Assembly: GCA_900617105.1 (NCBI GenBank)
Contig: UYFQ01000732.1
Location: 124,001-188,000, forward strand
DNA from: Hydrurus foetidus
Taxonomy: Eukaryota
Direction: 5' to 3'
Length of the DNA stretch: 64,000 nt
In this document: one piece after another, positions 47,704-58,102 of the stretch
Numbering within the stretch: the first letter of the stretch is position 1
Layout: each line of letters starts with the position of its first letter
The notes under the pieces: generated by a model
Seen by the model: the letters and a program-made list of their open reading frames with translations, nothing else
What the model was told of the DNA's origin: nothing
Databases searched by the model: none
Program-made: the position numbers and the translations under genes

Positions 47704-49917
47704 GCCCGTACCTCCACATCTGTATCCACTTTGATGCCATCCTGCATGGCCCAGAGGTGGGCATACAGGCCTTGGGGCTTCTGGATCAAGGCTTCGTGGG
47801 GGCCAGACTCCACGATGTTGCCCTTCTCCATCACGATGATGCGGTGGGCGTTTCTGACCGCTGACAGGCGGTGGGCAATGATGAGTACGGTTCTGCCCTG
47901 GCAGATGTACTGCATGTTCTTCTGGATGATGGCTTCACTCTCGTAGTCCAGTGCACTGGTGGCTTCGTCCAGGATCAGGATGCGGGGGTTGGTGAAGAGG
48001 GCCCGGGCAATGGCGACGCGCTGGCGTTGGCCACCTGACAGACTGCCGCCCTGTTCCCCGACCACGGTGTCATAGCCTTCGGGCAGTTCGCTGATGAAGT
48101 CGTGGGCACCGGCGAGTTGGGCCACCCGCATCACCGCTTCGATGGGAGCAGCCGGGTCGGCGATGGCGATGTTTTCTCGGATGGAGCGGTTGAAGAGCAG
48201 GTTTTCTTGGAGGACTACGCCGACTTGGCGGCGTAGTTGGGCGGCGTCGATGAGGCTGATGTCGATACCGTCGACCAGCAGGCGCCCGCCTTCGGGGCTG
48301 TAGAGGCGTTGGACCAGCTTGGTCAGGGTGCTCTTGCCGGAACCGGACCGGCCGACGATGCCGATGATCTCGCCGGGGCGGATGTCCAGGCTGACGGCGT
48401 TCAAGACCGGTGTGGCTTCGGGGCGGTAGCGGAAGACGACCTTGTCCAGGGTGATGCGGCCTTTTAACGCGGGGAGCTGGGCGGTGCTGCTGGGAGGAAC
48501 TTCGGTACGGGTGTTGAGGATGTCGCCCAAGCGGGCCACCGAGATACCGGTCTGCTGGAAGTCGGTCCAGAGCTGGGCCATGCGCATGATGGGTTGGGAG
48601 ACGCGACCTGCAAACATGTTGAAGGCGACGAACTGGCCCACGGTGAGCTGGTTGTCCATCACCAGCTGGGCACCCCACCACAGGGTGGCGGCATTGACCA
48701 GCTTGCCAATCAAGTTCACCCCCTCATGGGCCACGCTGGCCAGGTTCTGGGTTTTGAAGGAGGCAGAGACGTAGGCGGCGAGCTGGTTGTCCCAGCGCTT
48801 GGCGAAGCTGGGCTCCAGGGCGGTGGCCTTCACCGTCTGGATACCGGTAACGGTTTCCACCAGCATGGCCTGGTTTTCTGCACCTCGGGCGAACTTGACG
48901 TCCAGGCGGGCACGCAGGATGGGGACCACGGCCAGAGACAAACCGAAGTACAGCGGCAGGCTGACCAGGACGATCAGGGTCAGGGGCACGCTGTAGAACA
49001 GCATGACGGCGATGAAGACGACCGAGAAGACAACGTCCAGCAAGACGGTCATGGCATTGCCGGTGAGGAAGGAGCGGATGTTTTCCAGCTCGCGGACCCG
49101 GGCGATGGAGTCGCCTACCCGGCGGGCCTGGAAGTAGGACAAGGGGAAGTTGGATCAGGTGACGGAACAAGCGGGCACCGAGTTCCACGTCGATGCGGCT
49201 GGTGGTATGGCTGAAGACATAGGACCGTAAGGCATTGAGCACCGCCTCAAACACCACCACGATGACCAGGCCGATGACCAAGACATCCAAAGTCGTCATG
49301 CCTTTGTGGACCAGGACCTTGTCCATGACTACCTGGAAGAACAAGGGGGAGACCAGGCCAAAGATCTGCAGCATGAACGAAATCAGCAGGACTTCACCCA
49401 GAAGCTTGCGGTATTTGATGAGGCTGGGGATGAACCAGGTGAAGTCAAACTTGGCCAGGGCGCCGGTTAACGAAGCCCGGCTGGTGATGAGGATGAGTTC
49501 ACCCGTCCACTGAGTGGCAAAGACCTCTGCGGATTCGATGGTAGGGCCGGTAGAAGCGCCAGGAACCGCGGACTTGGAGACGTCCTGAAACAGGACGCGT
49601 TTGCCATCGCTTTGCGCCAAGATGACGACGCGCAGCGAGCCGTCTTCGGTGTGCATCACGGCCAATGCTGGCAAGGGGACCAAACCCAGGCGGGTGATAG
49701 AAGAACGGCTGAGCTTGGCCTTCAGGCCCAGGTGTTGGGCTCCGCGTAGCAGGTCAGACGTGGTGACGGGGTCGGTGCTCGCAATACCTAGCTGGTGCGC
49801 CAGGGTGGCGGGGTCGCAGGCGACTTGGTGGAAGCGGGCTACGGCGCAGAGGGTGGCAAAGGCGTCGGACACTTCGGGACCTTGCGTGGCTGGGCCTGCA
49901 TTCTCAACGAGCGACAT
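47700..49917 (-). pseudogene. hlyB: HlyB-family T1SS ABC transporter (C39-like domain + TMD + ATPase), frameshifted by one extra base at 49143-49146
   Basis: Two overlapping ORFs join as ..LFRHLIQLPL|SYFQARRVGD..; GRSGSGKS, LSGGQRQR. Real lesion or sequencing error cannot be distinguished. Confidence 0.88.
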
Positions 49918-50105
49918 CAGCAATCACCACAACAATCCAACGGCCACGGCGCACAATTACATTCCCTTACTTATTCTGTAACGAGCGATGCTACCGAGCT
50001 TGTCCGTCTTGCGGTATCCCCAATATTAGGGACAACGCAACACTTTTTGCCCGATTTGTTTGCCGCTATGCTGTGCCCCAATTAAAAACTCAGGAGGAGA
50101 TGGTC

Positions 50106-50771
50106 ATGTGGCGTGTATTAGTGGTGGAAGATGACCCTTTGATGCGGGAGTTTTTTGAGGCGAGCGTATCCAAATGCGTGGAGCTGGAGCTTGCTGCCGG
50201 CTTTGGGACGGTGGCGCATGCCAAGGCATGGTTGGACCTCAACGCCAAAGGCTTGCACGTGCTGCTGACAGACTTGGGCCTGCCCGATGGGTCTGGGCTC
50301 GACGTTATTCGCCACGCACGCAACCTGAACCCGGATTGCGAGCCACTGGTGATCTCCATGTTTGGCGATGAAGACAATGTGCTGGCCAGCATTGAGGCTG
50401 GCGCGTTGGGCTACATCCACAAGGACAGTACCCCCGACGACATTGCGGCCACCATCCTGGAAATGCGCGCGGGAGGCTCGCCCATCTCGCCCATGGTGGC
50501 GCGTCGCATATTGGCTAAGCACAACAAGGGCAGCCGGAACCCGGTGCCCACAACGCCCGTCGCCACCTCGACGGTATCCGCCCTGCTCTCACCCCGTGAA
50601 CAAGAGGTGTTGGAGTTGATTTCTCAAGGGAATACCTATGCAGAAATCGCGGCACTCCATCAATTGAGTCCCCACACGGTCCAAACCCATATCAAGCGGC
50701 TGTACTCCAAACTCAGTGTTCATACCCGGGGTGAAGCCGTCTTTGAGGCCACCCGTATGGGATTGCTGTGA
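50106..50771 (+). CDS. NarL/LuxR-family response regulator
   Basis: VVEDD, TDLGLPDGSG receiver; LSPREQEVL..HTVQTHIKRLYSKL helix-turn-helix; RBS AGGAGG. Confidence 0.93.
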   Translation: MWRVLVVEDDPLMREFFEASVSKCVELELAAGFGTVAHAKAWLDLNAKGLHVLLTDLGLPDGSGLDVIRHARNLNPDCEPLVISMFGDEDNVLASIEAGALGYIHKDSTPDDIAATILEMRAGGSPISPMVARRILAKHNKGSRNPVPTTPVATSTVSALLSPREQEVLELISQGNTYAEIAALHQLSPHTVQTHIKRLYSKLSVHTRGEAVFEATRMGLL

Positions 50772-52687
50772 AAGTTTTTTCGCGTCGCTTGGTGGAGGGC
50801 TTTGTTCTTGGCTTGTTGCTACTCTGTTGGAGTTTTGGTGCACAAGCAAAGGTTGATGAGTTAAAAACGGCGAGAGCGTTTTTGCAGGTCGCGTCGGACC
50901 TGCCCGAGGGTCTCCCCAAGGAAGAAATACGCGAGGCGGCCAAGCTGCCGTTCCATTGGGACCGGAGCTTTCCCGGCACAACGGGGCAAGCAACTTTTGA
51001 AATTCCGTTTTCGCTGGAGTTTCGCCCGGCCTATCCCTACGCCCTGTACATCCCCAGGATTGGCAATGCATATGCCATCTGGATCAATGATGTACTGGTG
51101 CAAAGCGATGGAGATCTCGCGCAAACCAATGGAGACGACTACGCCAAGCTCCCCGTCTTTGTCACCATCCCGCCCAGCCAGCTTCGCAACGACAACACCA
51201 TTCACATCCGCATCCGTGTTGACCGGGGCCGTAGAGGTGGATTGTCTTCCGTCATCCTGGGACCTCACCATGAGGTCTATCCCATTTTTCTAAAAGACCA
51301 TCGTCTGAGGGAGTATGGGTCGCAAGCAGTAGCAACGCTCAGTTTGCTGGTAGGTCTGATTGCCATGGCTCTTTGGGCGACACAGGCAAACTTCCATCGC
51401 CACCATCATCAAGTGATGTCTGGTTTGGCACACGGGCAGGATCCGCTGTACCTCATGGCCGGGCTCGCTGAGTTGTTCTGGGCCTTCAGCGTAAGTGACT
51501 TTCTGATTGAGTCACCCATCTTGCCTTGGCCCTGGTGGGGGGTGCTGATGGTCACCGCAACCACCTGCTGGGCATGCCTGATGACCCTGTTCTGCGCCGA
51601 GGTCGCGCATTGGCGGCAATACAAGAGCTTTGTCTGGTTTCAGCGCTGGCTCATTGCCTTGGTCATTAGCTGTATTACCTCGACAATTGTTGCCCTGCAG
51701 TTTGGCTATCCGCTGGTGCTCACGGCGTGGTACGTAGTGTTTGGGACCACCTTTTTGGTCTTCATCGCCATCTTTGTGAAGGGGGCCTTTAGGGGTGCCA
51801 GTACTGCCCATCGTTTGGTAGCATTTTCTGCAGTGATCAATGTGGGGGTCGGCATCTATGACCTGTATGTGTTACGTTTTAGCGTGGACTACCGGGACAA
51901 CACCTACTTGCGCTACTCATCCATCCTCTTTGGCATCACGCTGCTGTACATCGTCATCATGCGGTTTCGTTCGGTCAGCGAACACGCGCGAGACTTGATG
52001 GGTACCCTGGCAAGTCGTATCGCCCAACGCGAGAGCGAACTTATGGATACCTATCAGAGGCTCGAAGAGTCCAACCGGGCACAAACAAAGAGCCTGGAGA
52101 GGACCCGGGTGCTACGTGACCTGCACGATGGCGTCGGCTCCCACCTGAGCGTGGCGTTGCGTCAACTGCAAACTGAGAAGTACAGCCGAGAAGATGTTTT
52201 GCACACCGTGAGCGACGCTCTGGACCACCTCAAACTCTGCATCGACGCGATGAGTTTGCCGGCCGGCGACATCACGGCCGCGCTTGCCAATCTGCGCTAT
52301 CGCCTGGATCCACGGCTCAAAGAGTCGGGCATTACCTTGCATTGGCACGTGGGCAAGCTTCCCATCGTCGAATATCTGAACGACAAAGCCATGCGCCAGT
52401 TGCAGTTCATTGTGTATGGAGCCCTGTCTAATGTGCTGCAGCATGCGCGAGCCACAGAAATGCACATTCAAGCCAGCTGTTCGGCGCATGCAATTGAGCT
52501 GCGTGTTGTGGACAACGGCGTGGGGTTCGATAAGAACGAGCAGCGGCGCAAGGGTTTGCAGTCCATGCACGACCGTGCCAAGGTGATCGGCGCCTCCCTC
52601 TCCATCCATAGCCAACCGGGGATGACGATGGTGGAAGTAGAAATTCCTCTGGCGCAGGGCGATTGGGTGATGTCGAGTCAGTATTGA
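50768..52687 (+). CDS. Membrane sensor histidine kinase (7TM-DISM-like input, HisKA_3)
   Basis: Periplasmic domain plus multiple TM; RDLHDGVGSHL, VVDNGVGF, GLQSM. Confidence 0.9.
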   Translation: MKVFSRRLVEGFVLGLLLLCWSFGAQAKVDELKTARAFLQVASDLPEGLPKEEIREAAKLPFHWDRSFPGTTGQATFEIPFSLEFRPAYPYALYIPRIGNAYAIWINDVLVQSDGDLAQTNGDDYAKLPVFVTIPPSQLRNDNTIHIRIRVDRGRRGGLSSVILGPHHEVYPIFLKDHRLREYGSQAVATLSLLVGLIAMALWATQANFHRHHHQVMSGLAHGQDPLYLMAGLAELFWAFSVSDFLIESPILPWPWWGVLMVTATTCWACLMTLFCAEVAHWRQYKSFVWFQRWLIALVISCITSTIVALQFGYPLVLTAWYVVFGTTFLVFIAIFVKGAFRGASTAHRLVAFSAVINVGVGIYDLYVLRFSVDYRDNTYLRYSSILFGITLLYIVIMRFRSVSEHARDLMGTLASRIAQRESELMDTYQRLEESNRAQTKSLERTRVLRDLHDGVGSHLSVALRQLQTEKYSREDVLHTVSDALDHLKLCIDAMSLPAGDITAALANLRYRLDPRLKESGITLHWHVGKLPIVEYLNDKAMRQLQFIVYGALSNVLQHARATEMHIQASCSAHAIELRVVDNGVGFDKNEQRRKGLQSMHDRAKVIGASLSIHSQPGMTMVEVEIPLAQGDWVMSSQY

Positions 52688-52982
52688 TGACTGACTTGCT
52701 TTGCTACTTCAGCAGAGCTGATGTCATCGAGGAGTGCTGGCCGTCAAATTTACGCAAACCCGCGATGGAAGCATATCTGTGCCGCACGAAACCACAAGCG
52801 TGCCGTTTTGAAAATCGCTTTTGGATGGATCTGCATCAGCAACGCGTTTTTTGGCTAAAAGCTGCCGAATTCACGCCTGAAATTGGAAGGTTTTGAAGTT
52901 GTACAGTGGAAGCATAAATGTTCCGCCCCCAATTGGAAGCATAAGTGGGCCTAAGCGGCCCAGATATGGTTCCAGTGACAGC

Positions 52983-53037
52983 GCCTAACGAGTAAGGTTA
53001 GATCGTGCGAAGCCACGATCTGAACCGATTGTTGGAC
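52983..53037 (-). other. attC-like recombination site (55 bp)
   Basis: Minus strand GTCCAAC-AATCG-GTTCAGATCGTG-GCTTCG-CACGATCTAAC-CTTACTC-GTTAGGC: RYYYAAC and GTTRRRY cores, L''/L' boxes with one extrahelical base, unpaired spacers. Confidence 0.85.
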
Positions 53038-53234
53038 GAGCCCGGTCAGACCTACCTCTTCTGAAATTATCTTTTACGCCACATCGCCCGCGAAGGACCT
53101 TGGAACAAGCCAAGCCCGACGGTTGCGACGATTCAAGCCATCATTGCAATGGTGCGTTGCCCAGTTGTGCTGATTTTGGCCGAGCCCAGCCACAGCACCC
53201 ACTGGGCACTGGTGCGCTGGCGTTGATTCCCGAT

Positions 53235-54365
53235 TTAGCTGGCCGCAAAGTCCTTGCCGTTGCACGGCACCGGTGGCGCAATCACCGGCAAGATGCGTCG
53301 TCGCACGATAGCCATGACAGCGCCACAGCAGCGGCAAAGCAGCTTGGGTCGTTCAGTTGGAGTCGCTGATGCTGGTACTGATGAGGCGCAAGCCTTGCCA
53401 CACGTCTTGAACACCAGCAAACGCAGCAACGCAATCAAGCGCTTGCTGTTGGGGTGCAAAAATCCATAATTGCGTGCACGCCGAAAACCCTTGGGCAACA
53501 CGTGCTGCAACACCAGCCGTAAAAACTCCACCCCACTGACGGTGCGCTGCGCTGGCTTCTTGGTTTTGCTGTCCCGCCAGCGGTAGGTAACCTGCCCGTT
53601 CTCGCAGCGCAAAATATCCTTCTCCTGAATCACCCCCCGGTACAAGTAGCGCCCCAAGTAGACCAAGGCCTTTTGACCATCACCCACAGACTTGCAATCC
53701 ACCACCCACTTATCGGGCACGTCGGGCGGCAACGGCAACCCCAACTCGCCCACGGCGGCCAGAAACTTGGCCCTAAACACCTTGGCCAGTGCCTTGTGGT
53801 TGAACAAATAGCCGTCCCCTTTGGAAGTCTTTCGCAATGAGCGCCACAAACCCTTATCGGCATCCAGTGCCGCCGCAGGCATGGCCACATGCACATGCGG
53901 GTGAAAATCCAGTTTGCGTGAATGCGTGTGCAGCACCGCCACTGCACCTGGGCTACCCTGCAACTGCCTGTGGTTCTGGCTGAACGTGCGCAGCGTCTCC
54001 CAGGCGCAATCCATCAAGGCGGCATAGAGCAAGCGCTGATGCTGCCAAACCAGGGTTCGCAGCTCAGCAGGCACGGTGAACGTGATCAGGAAATAGCTTC
54101 CCGGCACCAACGCCTGTGTCTGGCGTTCAATCCAGCGTTGGCTCTCAAAATGCTGACAGTGCGGGCAATTGCGGTGTCCACAGGAATGCGGCACCACGCG
54201 CTGCTCACCACAGTCGCCACAATGGGCCAACATTCCTGGGCCCAGGACAGAGCGACAGTTCTTCATGGCATTCAAGGCCTGGCGCTGACTGGGCAGCGCG
54301 TTGGTGCCGTGGTGCGTGAGGTAATCCAAACCGAAGCGCTCAATGAGGGTGGAGAGCGTGATCAT
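53235..54365 (-). CDS. IS91-family (HUH/Y2) transposase
   Basis: [16 protein letters not shown]n domain, HPHVH (HUH), YLGRY (Y2), [19 protein letters not shown] 54365 overlaps the integrase stop (ATGA). Confidence 0.95.
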   Translation of the reverse strand: MITLSTLIERFGLDYLTHHGTNALPSQRQALNAMKNCRSVLGPGMLAHCGDCGEQRVVPHSCGHRNCPHCQHFESQRWIERQTQALVPGSYFLITFTVPAELRTLVWQHQRLLYAALMDCAWETLRTFSQNHRQLQGSPGAVAVLHTHSRKLDFHPHVHVAMPAAALDADKGLWRSLRKTSKGDGYLFNHKALAKVFRAKFLAAVGELGLPLPPDVPDKWVVDCKSVGDGQKALVYLGRYLYRGVIQEKDILRCENGQVTYRWRDSKTKKPAQRTVSGVEFLRLVLQHVLPKGFRRARNYGFLHPNSKRLIALLRLLVFKTCGKACASSVPASATPTERPKLLCRCCGAVMAIVRRRILPVIAPPVPCNGKDFAAS

Positions 54366-55293
54366 TTGACACCTGCCCAATCGATATTGAAGCGGTCCAT
54401 CAAGGCCTCGATGCGAACACTGGCCTGATCGTTGGTGTGGCTGGTCAGATGGGTGTAGCGGGCGGTGGTCAGAATGCTGTAGTGGCCCAGAATCTTCTGC
54501 ACCTCCAGCAGATCGACCCCGGACTCGATCAAATGTGTTGCATAGCTGTGGCGAAGGCTGTGCGGGGTGATCTTTTTTTTAGCCCGCAGGAGACGGCCAC
54601 TTGATGCAAAGCCTTTTGCACACCCCCACGGTCCAGCGGGGTACGTGCGCTCTTGGCACCGGCCAAGCCGCCATGGCGGTTGGGGAACAAAAGCTCAGGA
54701 TTGTGGTGGGTTTGCCAGAATCGGCGCAAGACATCCAAAGTGGCCTGTGGCAGCGGGACAAAGCGGTCCCGATTGCCTTTGGAGTCGCGGATATGCACGC
54801 GGTGGCGCACCGCATCGATGTCCGCCACAGTCAAAGCCAGTCCTTCGGAGAGGCGCAAGCCCAGGCTGTACAGCGTGAAATAGAACACCCGGTAGCTCAG
54901 GGTGTGGGTGGCCGCGAATATCGCTTGCGCCTCTTCGACAGTGACGATATCGGGCAGGCGTGAAACCTTGGGTGGTTTGATGAAGTTGGGCATGCTCCAG
55001 GGCTTGCGCAGTACATGCAGGGTATAGAACTTGAAACCGTAAGGATCGATCTTGACCGCGCTCCAAGAATGCGAGGCAACCAGATCGTGGAAGTAGTCGG
55101 TCAGCTGCGCTGGCGACAGGTTGTCGATTTGGTGATCGAAGTAGTCCCCCATGCGTCGGATGGTGCGGGCGTAGGCGTCGATGGTCTTGGGCTGCAGGCC
55201 CTTGAGTTTGAGGTGCTTGAGGTGACTGCGGTACGTGCTGCTAAAGGGCTCAGCAAACGCGCTCGGATCGAACCCGCCGGGGTAAGTGAACAT
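54362..55293 (-). CDS. Tyrosine recombinase, requires a -1 frameshift at an A8 run (54573-54580)
   Basis: Frame 0 ..[20 protein letters not shown]; -1 frame [43 protein letters not shown].. supplies HxxR, H and Y. Confidence 0.88.
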
Positions 55294-55482
55294 GGGCAAA
55301 CTCCAGGTAAGTTGAAGGTCAACATGCACCACAATGGAGGCATGTGCCTACAGCTTACGAATTCACCGAATGGGGTTCCACTCCGCGTAGCGGCTTCGTC
55401 CAACAGCCCTACTGGCGGGTAATCCATTGAAAAGAAGGGCTTAGACCCCTAAAATCAAGCGATCTACCCTCAGGAGAACGCT

Positions 55483-55677
55483 ATGGACGTTAGCAAAGCC
55501 AAGCCCGCACAAGTGCAACAGGCCCAAGCGCTCAAGCGCACCGATGAGTCCCGGCAAACCCAACAGCGCGAGACCCAGGCCAAGGCACAAGCCCCCAAAA
55601 AGGCGGAAGAGCCCAAGCGCCCCGTGGTGAATGCCCAGGGGCAGACCACAGGCCGACTGCTCAACGTCAGCGCCTGA
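55483..55677 (+). CDS. Small Gln/Lys-rich hypothetical protein
   Basis: RBS AGGAG; C-terminal NAQGQTTGRLLNVSA. Confidence 0.7.
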   Translation: MDVSKAKPAQVQQAQALKRTDESRQTQQRETQAKAQAPKKAEEPKRPVVNAQGQTTGRLLNVSA

Positions 55678-55713
55678 GTCCCACCCCTCCACCCATCCTC
55701 CAGGTCGACGGCC

Positions 55714-56145
55714 ATGGTTGCCATCACCGCCACCAACAGCGCAACGCCTTCTTTGCAGGCGTCGCTGAGCATGGTGCACCTGGAGCAGGCCAAGCGGGAG
55801 GCGGACACGGCGGAGGCCAGGGCCCAAGACCTGCGCGCGCAGGCGAACGACGCCGAACGTGAAGCGCAAGGCCGCAAAGACAATGTGCGCGAGCTGAGCA
55901 GTAGCGCCAGCAAGCCGACCGACACGCCCACCAGCAGCACCTACAGCGCACCGTCAATGTCTACGTCCACGGCCAATTTCATCGCCGTGCCGAGTGCCAC
56001 CCAGGAGTTTTTGGTACGCATGTACAAGGCCACCAGCCCGCAGTTCGCTGCCAGTGGCAACGCCCTCAAGGACGACAGCGAGGCCGCCCCGACCATCAAC
56101 ACGCTGGGGCAGGCCACGGGGCGCATCGTCAACCTCAGCGTCTGA
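55714..56145 (+). CDS. Hypothetical protein with coiled coil
   Basis: EQAKREADTAEARAQDLRAQA; C-terminal NTLGQATGRIVNLSV. Confidence 0.7.
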   Translation: MVAITATNSATPSLQASLSMVHLEQAKREADTAEARAQDLRAQANDAEREAQGRKDNVRELSSSASKPTDTPTSSTYSAPSMSTSTANFIAVPSATQEFLVRMYKATSPQFAASGNALKDDSEAAPTINTLGQATGRIVNLSV

Positions 56146-56249
56146 CGTCATTATTAATTTTTTGCATAGTTAGCAAATGAAGTGGCCTTGGACAGGTCGC
56201 CGTGGCAAGCCTACATTGCGGGCCATGACGACCACCACAAGGAGCTTTC

Positions 56250-57575
56250 ATGTCGCAATCCCACGCTAACCCGGCGTCTCCCGCACACCCTGCAGCCGCC
56301 ACCCATGCGCTGCCTTCTTACCTGCAGGCCGATAATCTCGGCCCCTGGGGCATTTACCTGCAACAGGTGGACCGCGTCACGCCCTACCTGGGCCACCTGG
56401 CGCGCTGGGCCGAAACCCTGAAGCGCCCCAAGCGTGCGCTGATCGTGGACGTGCCCATTCAGCTGGACAACGGCACCGTGGCCCACTTTGAGGGCTACCG
56501 CGTGCAGCACAACACCTCGCGCGGCCCCGGCAAGGGCGGTGTGCGGTTTCACCAGGATGTAACGCTGTCCGAAGTGATGGCGCTGTCAGCCTGGATGTCG
56601 ATCAAGAACGCCGCGGTGAACGTGCCCTACGGCGGCGCCAAGGGCGGCATCCGCGTGGACCCAAAGACCCTGTCGCGCGGCGAGCTTGAGCGCCTGACGC
56701 GCCGCTACACCAGCGAGATCGGCATCATCATCGGGCCCAATAAGGACATCCCTGCGCCTGACGTGAACACCAACGAGCAGATCATGGCGTGGATGATGGA
56801 CACCTACTCCATGAACACCGGCTCAACCGCTACTGGCGTGGTGACGGGCAAGCCGATTGACCTGGGTGGCTCACTCGGCCGGCGCGAAGCTACCGGCCGT
56901 GGTGTGTACACCGTGGGCGTGGAAGCAGCACAGCACATCGGCCTGGACATTGCCACTTCGCGCGTTGCGGTGCAGGGCTTTGGCAATGTGGGCGGCATCG
57001 CCGGCAAGCTGTTCGCCCAGGCCGGCGCCCGGGTGGTGGCCGTGCAAGACCATGGCGGCACGATCTATCAGGAGTCTGGCCTGGACGTGCCGGCCCTGCT
57101 TGCCCACGTAGCGGCCCATGGATCCGTGGCCGGGTTTACACCGGCCGAGGTGATTGCCAATGACGCGTTCTGGGATGTGGACTGCGACATCCTGATTCCC
57201 GCGGCACTGGAGCAGCAGATTACCAAGGCGAATGCCGGGCGCATCAAGGCCAAGCTGGTGATCGAGGGCGCCAACGGCCCGACCACGCCCGAGGCCGATG
57301 ACATTCTGCAAGAGCGCAATGTGTTGGTTTTGCCGGACGTGATTGCCAACGCGGGTGGCGTGACGGTGAGCTACTTTGAATGGGTGCAGGACTTCTCCAG
57401 CTTCTTCTGGAGCGAGGACGAGATCAACGCCCGCCTGGTGCGCATCATGAAGGAGGCATTTGCAGCCGTCTGGAATGTGGCGCAAGACCACAAGGTGAGT
57501 TTGCGCACCGCCACCTTCATCGTGGCATGCAAGCGCATCTTGCATGCACGCGAGCTGCGCGGCTTGTACCCCTGA
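56250..57575 (+). CDS. gdhA: Glutamate dehydrogenase (Glu/Leu/Phe/Val DH family)
   Basis: [50 protein letters not shown]. Confidence 0.95.
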   Translation: MSQSHANPASPAHPAAATHALPSYLQADNLGPWGIYLQQVDRVTPYLGHLARWAETLKRPKRALIVDVPIQLDNGTVAHFEGYRVQHNTSRGPGKGGVRFHQDVTLSEVMALSAWMSIKNAAVNVPYGGAKGGIRVDPKTLSRGELERLTRRYTSEIGIIIGPNKDIPAPDVNTNEQIMAWMMDTYSMNTGSTATGVVTGKPIDLGGSLGRREATGRGVYTVGVEAAQHIGLDIATSRVAVQGFGNVGGIAGKLFAQAGARVVAVQDHGGTIYQESGLDVPALLAHVAAHGSVAGFTPAEVIANDAFWDVDCDILIPAALEQQITKANAGRIKAKLVIEGANGPTTPEADDILQERNVLVLPDVIANAGGVTVSYFEWVQDFSSFFWSEDEINARLVRIMKEAFAAVWNVAQDHKVSLRTATFIVACKRILHARELRGLYP

Positions 57576-57602
57576 TACGCAAGGCGAGAACCTCAGCGGA
57601 CG

Positions 57603-58085
57603 CTACTGCAGGGGTTCTTTCAGCGCGTCGGGCAGCGAAAAGGGCGTCACAGCTATGCCCTCTTCCACCAGCTCGCGCGCTTCTTTCTCTGTCGTGCGGC
57701 CGCGGATGCCGCGTTCTTCGGCCTCACCGTAGTGCATCTTGCGCGCCTCTTCCGCAAACTGCGAACCCACATCGGTGGTGGTGGCCACCACGTGGCGAGC
57801 CACGGCCATCCATGCGGCCGTCATGGCTGCGTTGTGCGGCAGGGGAGCAACCGCATTGCCATTGTCGGCAGGAGAAGAAGCTTGAGACGATGGCTGCTCA
57901 GCGACGGGAGCGCGGGCACCCGACAGGTTCAAGCGCGGGGCGCTGAGCTTTTTGACGACCGAAGGGTCACCACACACCGGGCATTGCACCAGCGCGCGGG
58001 CGCACTGGGAAACAAAATCGTCTTCCGAACCAAACCACCCTTCAAACGGGTGGCCTTGGGCGCATTGAAGGTCCAGAACTTTCAT
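57603..58085 (-). CDS. DUF1178 family protein
   Basis: MKVLDLQC..GHPFEGWF, CPVCG, FAEEARKMHYGE. Confidence 0.9.
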   Translation of the reverse strand: MKVLDLQCAQGHPFEGWFGSEDDFVSQCARALVQCPVCGDPSVVKKLSAPRLNLSGARAPVAEQPSSQASSPADNGNAVAPLPHNAAMTAAWMAVARHVVATTTDVGSQFAEEARKMHYGEAEERGIRGRTTEKEARELVEEGIAVTPFSLPDALKEPLQ

Positions 58086-58102
58086 GGGTGTATTGTCTGC
58101 CC

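Larger units (their letters stand above)
52989..55403 (-). mobile_element. Tyrosine-recombinase + IS91/Y2 element, copy B, complete, cassette-like
   Basis: Begins G|TTGGACGAAGCCGCTACGCGG at 55403; encodes integrase + Y2 transposase; ends at attC G|TTAGGC; no target duplication seen. Confidence 0.8.

Noticed and set aside
52663..52945. 77-aa ORF and GGAAGCATAA direct repeat after the histidine kinase
   Set aside because: No motif or RBS support, and the repeat is too short to be meaningful without comparison.
52983..55404. Classical integron with cassette array
   Set aside because: Only one attC; no attI or array visible. The recombinase is co-oriented inside the unit and lacks the IntI-specific insertion, so it is reported as a cassette-like element instead.
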